DNA of 12,343 bases from a virus: UHGV virus genome UHGV-0377305; one strand, given 5' to 3'. The position numbers and the translations under genes are program-made. The notes under the pieces are model-generated. The model ran no database searches and was not told where the DNA came from. It was given only the letters and a program-made list of their open reading frames with translations. This document shows, piece by piece, positions 1-6,112 of this stretch (its first letter is position 1; the number at the start of each line of letters is the position of its first letter).

Positions 1-1002
1 ATCACCGAGCTGTTCAATATTGCGGGTTGGTATTTTGTAGAGCTGGGCGATTTTCCCCAGACTTTCTGACAGTTCATCAGCTGGCAGCTCAAAGGCTGTT
101 GCCGCCTTTGCTGCCGTACTGGCGAAGGCCAGCAGGTCACGTTTCTGGTCCTCCCAGCTGTCGTCAGGGTTTGCCACATTCATGCGCGCACCACCTTCAA
201 CCAGTGCGGCGAAGTCCACAGCACCGTTTTCCATTGGCAGCTGTTCACTGGCAGCTTTGATGGCATCCTGCATTTCGTAAAAACGCGCAGTGCGGTTGCC
301 ATTATCGTCACGCAGACCATTGACCTGCTTTGCCACACCTTTCATGGCATCTTCCATGCTGGTATAGCTTTTTACCGCCGCCATCACTGGCGCGCCCATT
401 GCCAGCCCTGCAGCCGTGGTGGTGGCTCCGGCTCCTGCGATGCGATCGCGCACTTCAAGCCGTCTTGAGTATTGTTCTCTGGCAGCGTTCATCCGTGCCT
501 GTTGTTCACCCAGACGTTTAAGTGCTTTTTTCTGGCCCGCCAGTGCCTGACGAGTTTCTTCGGCATTTTTCTTAAGTTCTCGCTGGGCACTACTGAGTTG
601 TCTGGTATCAATCCCTGATTCTTTAAGTGCCTGACGTTGTCTCTGGACCGCCCCCAACAAGCCGTTATAGGTCTGCTGAAGTTCCTGTACTCGTGTTTTG
701 GCCTGACTGAATAACTTTGCCTGCGCGGCGGTTGGCCTGTTAGTGGCAGCAAATTGTGTGGCGAGTTTTGCCGCCTCTTCGCGGGCTGCGTTCAGGTTGT
801 TGGCTGTTATGGCTAGTTGCGAGCGCGTCTTGCGAAATTCATCAATTCTGCCAGCCTGCTTATTCAGTTCTTTGAGGCTGTTTCGGGTATTCTGAATTGC
901 GCCAGCCAGCTCTTTCGAACTGGCCTGTGCAGCACGGAATGGGCGGGTGAGTTTGTCAACCGCATTAAGAATGACCTGCAGGCGCAGGTTATTATCACTC
1001 AT
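1..1002 (-). CDS. T: Tail tape measure protein (P2 gpT-like), N-terminal 334 codons; C-terminal part lies beyond the window start
   Basis: Minus-strand ORF opens with ATG (rc of 1000-1002) and reads MSDNNLRLQVILNAVDKLTRPF... with no stop to position 1 (1002 nt, exactly 334 codons). It sits immediately downstream of E/E' with the E' stop overlapping this ATG, as in P2. It is absent from the ORF track only because it runs off the window. Coiled-coil, Ala/Gln-rich composition fits a tape measure. Confidence 0.75.
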   Translation of the reverse strand, partial: MSDNNLRLQVILNAVDKLTRPFRAAQASSKELAGAIQNTRNSLKELNKQAGRIDEFRKTRSQLAITANNLNAAREEAAKLATQFAATNRPTAAQAKLFSQAKTRVQELQQTYNGLLGAVQRQRQALKESGIDTRQLSSAQRELKKNAEETRQALAGQKKALKRLGEQQARMNAAREQYSRRLEVRDRIAGAGATTTAAGLAMGAPVMAAVKSYTSMEDAMKGVAKQVNGLRDDNGNRTARFYEMQDAIKAASEQLPMENGAVDFAALVEGGARMNVANPDDSWEDQKRDLLAFASTAAKAATAFELPADELSESLGKIAQLYKIPTRNIEQLGD

Positions 1003-1431
1003 CGTTGGCCCCGCTTCTCTGAATCGCTTTATACCGCCATTCCAGCACTTCGGTCAGCGGCATAACGTCAGTAACGGATGGCGGCCAGTGAAAGATGGTG
1101 GCGATATCAGCCACCAGATCGTCAACCGTCAGGCTGTCGGTAAACCGGCAAGCACCGACTTCTTCAACAAAAAAGTGACAACCTCAACCGACATGGCAGT
1201 GAGATCTGCCGGGTCCATCTCTGCAATTTCCTGTGCAGTCAGTGCCGGACTGGAGATGCGGGGGATCACGGTCATCATCGCGTTCACATCCATATCCATA
1301 ATGGCCTGCAGGCGTGTACCGCGCAGCGCACCGGACTGCGGTTTACGCAGCACAATTTCGGTGATTTCTGTTTTACCGCGCTTGATGGGGGTATCCAGTT
1401 GAATAGTCTTTTCAGTCTGCTTATCGCTCAT
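995..1431 (-). CDS. gpE+E' fusion made by programmed -1 ribosomal frameshift (tail assembly chaperone, long form)
   Basis: The zero-frame codons TTT TTG inside T_TTT_TTG (minus-strand rc of 1168-1174) allow -1 slippage. The -1 frame then stays open for about 58 codons (FFVEEVGACRFTDSLTVDDLVADIATIFHWPPSVTDVMPLTEVLEWRYKAIQRSGANDE) and ends at a TGA (rc of 995-997) that overlaps the ATG of T. This is the same architecture as P2 E/E+E' and lambda G/GT. Confidence 0.65.
1129..1431 (-). CDS. E: Tail assembly chaperone gpE (P2 E-like)
   Basis: 100-aa minus-strand ORF (MSDKQTEKTIQLDTPIKRG...) between FII and T. It ends shortly after a TTTTTTG heptamer. Position and size match P2 gene E. Confidence 0.8.
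   Translation of the reverse strand: MSDKQTEKTIQLDTPIKRGKTEITEIVLRKPQSGALRGTRLQAIMDMDVNAMMTVIPRISSPALTAQEIAEMDPADLTAMSVEVVTFLLKKSVLAGLPTA
1168..1174 (-). other. Slippery heptamer T_TTT_TTG for -1 programmed frameshift (E to E')
   Basis: Plus strand reads CAAAAAA at 1168-1174, so the minus strand reads TTTTTTG in the X_XXY_YYZ register of the E reading frame. Confidence 0.65.
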
Positions 1432-1456
1432 TTTGCTGTCCTGTCAATTGGGTTCT

Positions 1457-1474
1457 GGCGCGGTATCCCGCGCC
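1457..1474 (-). other. Intergenic stem-loop between FII and E (7-bp GC stem, 4-nt loop)
   Basis: GGCGCGG-tatc-CCGCGCC on the plus strand, a perfect inverted repeat in the 54-nt FII-E spacer. No U-tract follows on the coding (minus) strand, so it is probably not a terminator. It may be an mRNA stability or processing element. Confidence 0.3.
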
Positions 1475-1485
1475 GTTCAGATATA

Positions 1486-2001
1486 TCAGAGGCCGAGGGC
1501 GTTGCGGTGCGCTTCCATCAGGTCCACACCGTCTACAATTTCCACCATGTTGATAAGGTCCACTTCATAGAGCACCTCACCATTGATGGTCAGCTTCGCG
1601 TAGCTGTTGGTACTGGTCACTTTGGTGGTGTTGCTTTCGCCCGTCTTCCACTCGCCGGAATCCACTTCTTTGTGACGTCCACGCACCACAAGCTCCACGG
1701 CCTGCACTTCCCCGGTATCGTCACGCTGGATAGAGCCGGTAAAGCGCAACTGGATACCATCCACCGTGGCTTTGCCCATCTGCTTAAACAGCAGCAGTTC
1801 AGTACCACCAATGGAAAATTCCGTATCCAGTGCGCCGTCATCCAGCCCCAGATCCACATCCACTGCACCCGGCATTCCGCCGCCGCGATACTTCTCATAT
1901 TTGCGGGTAAATTTCGGCAGCGTCAGCGACTCAACGATCCCCTGCCAGTTGTTCCCGTCATTAAACAGGTTCAGGTGTTTTAATTTGCGTGGTAAAGCCA
2001 T
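1486..2001 (-). CDS. FII: Tail tube protein (P2 gpFII-like)
   Basis: 171-aa ORF MALPRKLKHLNLFNDGNNWQG...GGGMPGAVDVDLGLDDGALD..., which closely resembles P2 FII as I recall it. It lies directly downstream of the sheath gene and has an ATG start. Confidence 0.9.
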   Translation of the reverse strand: MALPRKLKHLNLFNDGNNWQGIVESLTLPKFTRKYEKYRGGGMPGAVDVDLGLDDGALDTEFSIGGTELLLFKQMGKATVDGIQLRFTGSIQRDDTGEVQAVELVVRGRHKEVDSGEWKTGESNTTKVTSTNSYAKLTINGEVLYEVDLINMVEIVDGVDLMEAHRNALGL

Positions 2002-2010
2002 GTTGTCCCC

Positions 2011-3183
2011 TTACGCGCTGACCTGGCTGGAGAAATTAACCAGGTACTGATCGGTGATGCGCTGACGCAGCATCAGGTTTTCAAGTGGCGGCACTGGCGT
2101 GTAGTCGTAGTCGATGGTGAGTTTTCCGGCTTTCAGCGTGTCTTTGTCGTTCACCGACTCATCCAGCCAGCAATCACCACCAATGAGATAGCCCTGACTG
2201 ACCAGGCTGCGCATTTTGGCGCGGATACCCTCGATAATGTCGCGGGCCAGCGACGGATTCAGCGGTTTATCCACCGCCCACATGTGCGCTTCTGCCATCG
2301 TGTCCGTCAGCACCTGCGCCGTGCGGGTGTAGTTTTCGAAGGCAAAGAGCGGGTCATCACTCAGGCAGCGGGAACCCCAGAAGCGAAAACCGTCTTTGCG
2401 GATAAGGGTGGTGACGTCGTTCTGGTTCAGCAGTCCCGCATCGGTTGCCGGGTCCTGCAGATCCCAGAACACATCAGCAGAAATTCCGGTGACACCGTTA
2501 ACGCCCACGTTGGACAGGCTTTTGTGCCATCCGGTCTGCTCGTCAATTTTGGCGCGCAGACCAAGCGCACGGGCGGTGGCATAAGCCGTTGCTTCGGCAT
2601 TCAGCACCGTGTCCCAGCCAGTAAAGTCGGGCCAGATCAGCATTCCTTCACGCTGACTGAAGTTTTCACGGTAAGTGATTGCTTCCTGCACCGTCTTGCA
2701 ACCATACGCTGACAGGTAAGCAAATCCACGCAGGCTTTGCGCCACACTCAGCAACTCAGTAGCTACCGCCTTCGTGTCGTGACCTGGCACGCCGAGAATG
2801 CGCGGTTTAACGCCGAGCTGTGACTGGGCAGATAACAGGGCTTTCATGCCTGTTTTTTTACCTTCAGCGGTCACTGCGCCGATGATATTGGTCGTGGTTT
2901 CGTCTTCCGTTTCACCCTGCGGCACACGCACAACAATGGTCACGGGTTTTGCCTGGTCAGCGATGGCATCCAGCGAACGAGCCAGCGTGCCTGACTCACC
3001 CGCTTTACCGCTGGCAGTCAGCACATCAGTGATCAGCACGGGTTTATTAAGAGGAAACATTTTTGCATCGGCATCATCGCCCGTGCAGACCATACCCACG
3101 ATGGCGGTGCTCACCGTGGTAATGGATCGGGTGCCTTCGTTGACTTCAACAACGCGCACCCCGTGGTGGTAATCCTGAGCCAT
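2011..3183 (-). CDS. FI: Contractile tail sheath protein (P2 gpFI-like)
   Basis: 390-aa [36 protein letters not shown]...[31 protein letters not shown]...[24 protein letters not shown], matching conserved P2 FI blocks from memory. A strong SD (AGGAGG, rc of 3193-3198) lies 9 nt upstream of the ATG. Confidence 0.92.
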   Translation of the reverse strand: MAQDYHHGVRVVEVNEGTRSITTVSTAIVGMVCTGDDADAKMFPLNKPVLITDVLTASGKAGESGTLARSLDAIADQAKPVTIVVRVPQGETEDETTTNIIGAVTAEGKKTGMKALLSAQSQLGVKPRILGVPGHDTKAVATELLSVAQSLRGFAYLSAYGCKTVQEAITYRENFSQREGMLIWPDFTGWDTVLNAEATAYATARALGLRAKIDEQTGWHKSLSNVGVNGVTGISADVFWDLQDPATDAGLLNQNDVTTLIRKDGFRFWGSRCLSDDPLFAFENYTRTAQVLTDTMAEAHMWAVDKPLNPSLARDIIEGIRAKMRSLVSQGYLIGGDCWLDESVNDKDTLKAGKLTIDYDYTPVPPLENLMLRQRITDQYLVNFSSQVSA

Positions 3184-3259
3184 AGTGGCGAACCTCCTGA
3201 TTGGATTAGGCTTCGCCCTATGTTGAAGTGATTGTGCCTGACAAACAGCTAAGCGCAGT

Positions 3260-3277
3260 TGTACCGTTATTCACACA
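3260..3277 (-). promoter_or_regulatory. Candidate Ogr/Delta-type late promoter activator site (TGT-N12-ACA dyad) upstream of FI
   Basis: Minus strand reads TGT-GTGAATAACGGT-ACA (plus-strand tgt at 3260-3262 and aca at 3275-3277, 12-nt spacer), centred about 85 nt upstream of the FI ATG, in the pin-FI intergenic region. P2 late promoters carry this dyad near -55. The motif is short and can occur by chance. Confidence 0.4.
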
Positions 3278-3325
3278 AAATGACGGTATTTGTCTGCTTT
3301 CAGGGATAATCAAAATAAAGCTGAT

Positions 3326-3892
3326 TCAGGGAGATTTATTGTTCTTATTTGCCGGAAATTTTCGATAAATGGTAGAAACGCCTACATCAAAAATCAGTGC
3401 AATACGCTGTCTTGATTCTCCGTCCTCGAGTAAACGCCCAATCTGTGCCCACTGTTCGCTGGTCAACTTAGGACGGCGTCCACCTACTCTGCCTTTAGCA
3501 CGAGCTGCAGCCAGCCCCGCCCTGGTACGTTCAACTATCAGTTCGCGTTCCATTTCAGCCAGGGCACCCATGACATGAAAAAAGAAACGGCCCATTGGGG
3601 TGCTGGTATCAATACTGTCAGTCAGGCTTCGGAAATTCACGCCACGCTGGCGCAGCTCTTCTATCAGCGTAACAAGATGCCGCATACTGCGCCCCAGTCT
3701 GTCCAGCTTCCAGACAACCAGCGTGTCTCCTGCCGATAGTGTCCTGAGCAGCTTTTTCAGCCCCGGTCTGTCGGACTTGGTGCCACTGATTTTATCCTCA
3801 AAAATCCGCTCACATCCCGCACAGTTCAGTGCATTGCGTTGCAAATCGGTGTTCTGGTCATTTGTTGACACGCGTACATAGCCAATAAGCAT
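3326..3892 (-). CDS. Serine site-specific DNA invertase (Gin/Pin/Cin/Hin family)
   Basis: ORF MLIGYVRVSTNDQNTDLQRNAL...DRLGRSMRHLV...GRFFFHVMGALAEMERELIVERTRAGL... carries the resolvase/invertase catalytic N-terminus (the serine in YVRVSTNDQ) and a C-terminal HTH. The track ORF starts two codons earlier (MIM...); the second ATG matches the paralog's start. Confidence 0.9.
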   Translation of the reverse strand: MLIGYVRVSTNDQNTDLQRNALNCAGCERIFEDKISGTKSDRPGLKKLLRTLSAGDTLVVWKLDRLGRSMRHLVTLIEELRQRGVNFRSLTDSIDTSTPMGRFFFHVMGALAEMERELIVERTRAGLAAARAKGRVGGRRPKLTSEQWAQIGRLLEDGESRQRIALIFDVGVSTIYRKFPANKNNKSP

Positions 3893-3947
3893 GATCATCC
3901 CCCTGAATAAAAACCGGAGATGATGCCAGTTAGCCGTTATCTCTGCA

Positions 3948-3973
3948 TTTTCATAAACGTCGGTTTACGGGAA
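3948..3973. other. gix/cix-like 26-bp crossover site A (inverted partner of site B)
   Basis: TTTTCATAAACG-TC-GGTTTACGGGAA. The inner half, extended to a 17-mer CGGTTTACGGGAAACGG (3961-3977), is the exact reverse complement of 5370-5386. The site resembles the Mu gix consensus (TTCCTGTAAACCGAGGTTTTGGATAA, from memory). It lies between the invertase start and the Sv cassette. Confidence 0.6.
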
Positions 3974-4327
3974 ACGGTAAATAAGGCCGCTGATGCCCTG
4001 CCATCGGGGGGAACCGCCGTGGCAGCAAACAGACTCGCCACCCCAAGAAATATTAATGGTGTTCCTTTCGACGGGACGCGGGATATAAACATTACGTCAG
4101 GAATGCCGGAATCAACGGCCAATCAGCGTTATGTTACAGGGGTAAGACTGGGAGCGCAGGCATTAAGCGGCGTACTGGAATATAATTACTCCCTGTCATC
4201 AGGAAATGTGATTACCGGTTTTAAGACTGACGGAGACTGGGAAATGCGTGGTGGTGATGACCGTGTTTATTACAGACAGATACAATATTGTATTAATGGG
4301 AATTGGGTATCCGCTGCAAGTATTTAA
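3962..4327 (+). CDS. Tail-fibre C-terminal variable cassette (Sv); no constant N-terminal part attached in this orientation
   Basis: The open frame begins inside crossover site A (GLRETVNKAADALPSGGTAVAANRLATPRNINGVPFDGTRDINITSGM...). The first roughly 50 residues are homologous to the start of the opposite cassette, then the two diverge. The only in-frame ATGs upstream (3920, 3923) have no usable SD spacing. Reported as a cassette, not an independent gene. Confidence 0.6.
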   Translation, partial: GLRETVNKAADALPSGGTAVAANRLATPRNINGVPFDGTRDINITSGMPESTANQRYVTGVRLGAQALSGVLEYNYSLSSGNVITGFKTDGDWEMRGGDDRVYYRQIQYCINGNWVSAASI

Positions 4328-4447
4328 TTAACGGCTCATGGCGTACGGCAGGCAGCGCCTGATATATGCGTTATCTCAGACAACCCCTGTCCGTATATAG
4401 CGATAGTATTATTCCTGTTTTTATCATTGATTCACATGGTGATGTTT

Positions 4448-4969
4448 ATGCAACTGATTAATGTTAAACGATATTACCCGGAAAATACCCTCTATGGTAA
4501 TGATGTACAGTATTTTCAGAGTGAAGATGGTAAGGATTTCTACGAGTCCCTGCCATTATTCACAAAAAAATATAAACTTTGTATAACACCTGACAGCGGC
4601 ATTATCTGCTCAATATCACAGGACGCTTCGGCGCTGTATCCTGCGGGGTTCTCTGTGGTTGAAGTCGACGAACTCCCTGAAGGTGCTGATATTTCGGGTA
4701 ACTGGAAGTTTGATAATGGCGTGATCTCCCGTATTCCGGTTAACTACGCAAGAAAACTGGAAGCAATGCGCCAGTCATATCTTAATCAGGCATATGAAAA
4801 AATTAATGACTGGAGAACAGAATTACAGCTGGGCACCATCAGTGATGAAGACAGAGCCGCACTTACCCGATGGATGGCATACATCAGTCAGGTGAAAAAA
4901 ATGGAACTACCAGCGATTAAAAACAAAGCTGAATTTGACGACATTAAATGGCCGGAGAAGCCTGAATAA
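4448..4969 (+). CDS. Tail fibre assembly protein (Tfa/gpG/U-like chaperone)
   Basis: ORF MQLINVKRYYPEN...SEDGKDFYE...GFSVVEV...DWRTELQLGTISDEDRAALTRWMAYISQV... has the conserved Tfa layout and the C-terminal Tfa motif. It lies immediately downstream of Sv on the same strand. The track ORF starts at an upstream TTG (4427); the ATG at 4448 is the more likely start. Confidence 0.8.
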   Translation: MQLINVKRYYPENTLYGNDVQYFQSEDGKDFYESLPLFTKKYKLCITPDSGIICSISQDASALYPAGFSVVEVDELPEGADISGNWKFDNGVISRIPVNYARKLEAMRQSYLNQAYEKINDWRTELQLGTISDEDRAALTRWMAYISQVKKMELPAIKNKAEFDDIKWPEKPE

Positions 4970-4972
4970 CGT

Positions 4973-4996
4973 AAAGGGTGCTTATCGCACCCTTTT
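4973..4996. terminator. Bidirectional intrinsic terminator between convergent tfa and Sv'
   Basis: Perfect 9-bp stem AAAGGGTGC-ttatc-GCACCCTTT followed by T on the plus strand, with a T-rich stretch on the minus strand. It sits in the 34-bp gap between the tfa stop (4969) and the Sv' stop (5004). Confidence 0.6.
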
Positions 4997-5003
4997 CCTT
5001 TAA

Positions 5004-5385
5004 TCAGACGGATGAAACTGTGCGCCAGGCATTACCGATATATATCTGCACCGGACGGTAATAAACGCCTCCGATATTATCGGCTGAATTTCTCCCGGTC
5101 TCCTGCACGTTAATACCTGAAAGCATACAACCGGAAGGCGCGCCATAACTCCAGGACATTTCATTACCTCCGGGTGAATGGTAACTCTGGGCACCAAGCT
5201 GAACGTTGCGAACGTATTTGTTATCAGCAGCAGCTTCGGTCATACCGGAGGTAATGTTGATATCCTGCGTTCCGTCAAAGGGAACACCATTAATTGTGTG
5301 GGCATTTGCCAGCCTGTTCGCGGCAACGGCCGTTCCGTTCGATGGCAGGGCATTCGCCGCCCTGTTTACCGTTTCCCGTAAACCG
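5004..5385 (-). CDS. Alternative tail-fibre C-terminal variable cassette (Sv'), start-less
   Basis: The minus-strand frame opens just inside site B, immediately after an in-frame TGA, and reads NLGLRETVNRAANALPSNGTAVAANRLANAHTINGVPFDGTQDINITSGMTEAAADNKYVRNVQLGAQSYHSPGGNEMSWSYGAPSGCMLSGINVQETGRNSADNIGGVYYRPVQIYIGNAWRTVSSV. Its N-terminal part is homologous to Sv and the C-terminus is different. No start codon or SD is at the cassette head. Confidence 0.6.
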
Positions 5386-5399
5386 AGGTTTCAGGGATG
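5374..5399. other. gix/cix-like 26-bp crossover site B
   Basis: TTCCCGTAAACC-GA-GGTTTCAGGGAT, matching Mu gixL (as recalled) at about 20 of 26 positions. It lies in inverted orientation to site A, 54 bp upstream of the second invertase ATG. Confidence 0.65.
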
Positions 5400-5452
5400 C
5401 CGTATATCTGCTTTAAAAAGCATTTCCACCTCTTTTTAAGGAAGGTAAATAC

Positions 5453-6013
5453 ATGCTGATTGGCTATATACGCGTATCAACAAATGACCAGAACACAGGT
5501 TTACAAAGAAATGCGCTGGAATGTGCAGGATGTGAGCAGATTTTTGAAGACAAAATGAGTGGTAAAACGACGCAGCGGCCGGGACTGAAGCGGGCACTGA
5601 AGAAACTAAAACCCGGCGACACACTGATGGTCTGGAAACTGGACAGGCTGGGGCGCAGTATGCGCCACCTTGTTGCGCTGACAGATGAATTACAGCAACA
5701 GGGGATAAATTTTCGTAGTCTTACTGACAACATTGATACGTCAACCCCCATGGGGCGCTTCTTTTTTCACATAATGGGTGCGCTGGCAGAAATGGAGCGT
5801 GAATTGATTGTCGAACGGACACGGGCTGGTCTTGCTGCTGCCCGTGAAAGGGGACGAACCGGCGGCAGACCCCGTCGTCTCACGCAGGAACAATACGAGC
5901 AGGTCGGGCGTTTACTGGCCGGGGGTGTCAGCCGAAGACAGGTGGCACTTATTTTTGATATCGGCCTTTCAACCCTTTATCGTTATTATCCTGCGAGCGT
6001 TTCGGAAAAATAA
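5453..6013 (+). CDS. Serine site-specific DNA invertase (Gin/Pin/Cin/Hin family), second paralog
   Basis: ORF MLIGYIRVSTNDQNTGLQRNALECAGCEQIFEDK...DRLGRSMRHLV...GRFFFHIMGALAEMERELIVERTRAGLAAARERG..., with an SD AAGGAAGG upstream. It is about three-quarters identical to the 3326-3892 invertase by eye (not computed) and is transcribed away from the cassette region. Confidence 0.9.
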   Translation: MLIGYIRVSTNDQNTGLQRNALECAGCEQIFEDKMSGKTTQRPGLKRALKKLKPGDTLMVWKLDRLGRSMRHLVALTDELQQQGINFRSLTDNIDTSTPMGRFFFHIMGALAEMERELIVERTRAGLAAARERGRTGGRPRRLTQEQYEQVGRLLAGGVSRRQVALIFDIGLSTLYRYYPASVSEK

Positions 6014-6112
6014 GACGCTCTCTTTGTTGGGCCTTTACTGAATTAACGCAAAATGGCGTTTATCGGTCTGTGGATATGATAATTCTGTTTATTCAGGAAC
6101 AGGCTGATTATT

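Noticed and set aside
27-1402. Plus-strand ORFs (27-260, 330-521, 817-1065, 947-1402) and minus-strand ORF 489-752 in the first kilobase
   Set aside because: The region is covered on the minus strand by the tape-measure gene and E/E'. The minus-strand ORF 489-752 is simply out of frame with the tape-measure reading frame. The plus-strand ORFs are antisense shadows.
1399-3172. Several sizeable plus-strand ORFs (1399-1983, 1766-2050, 2284-2712, 2798-3172)
   Set aside because: They lie antisense to the strongly supported tail tube and sheath genes, have no recognisable motifs or ribosome-binding sites, and are typical shadow ORFs.
3369-3881. Plus-strand ORFs 3369-3578 and 3600-3881, and minus-strand ORFs 5436-5624 and 5464-5751
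   Set aside because: They lie antisense to, or out of frame within, the two invertase genes, whose catalytic motifs fix the true frames.
3326-3892. Fis-dependent recombinational enhancer expected inside the 5' part of each invertase gene
   Set aside because: This is expected from established knowledge of Gin and Hin systems, but Fis sites are too degenerate for me to place confidently by eye, so no feature is reported.
3920-3961. ATG at 3920 as a true start for an independent 135-aa tail-fibre protein
   Set aside because: The GGAG is only 1 nt from the ATG, the first 14 codons cross the recombination site, and the homologous Sv' cassette has no start at all. This is better explained as a start-less cassette awaiting fusion to a constant region.
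3937-5439. ORFs antisense to the tail-fibre cassettes (3937-4122 minus, 5178-5381 plus, 5206-5439 plus) and 5000-5197 minus
   Set aside because: The opposite-strand frames carry the conserved tail-fibre tip homology. These are mirror ORFs with similar low-complexity translations.
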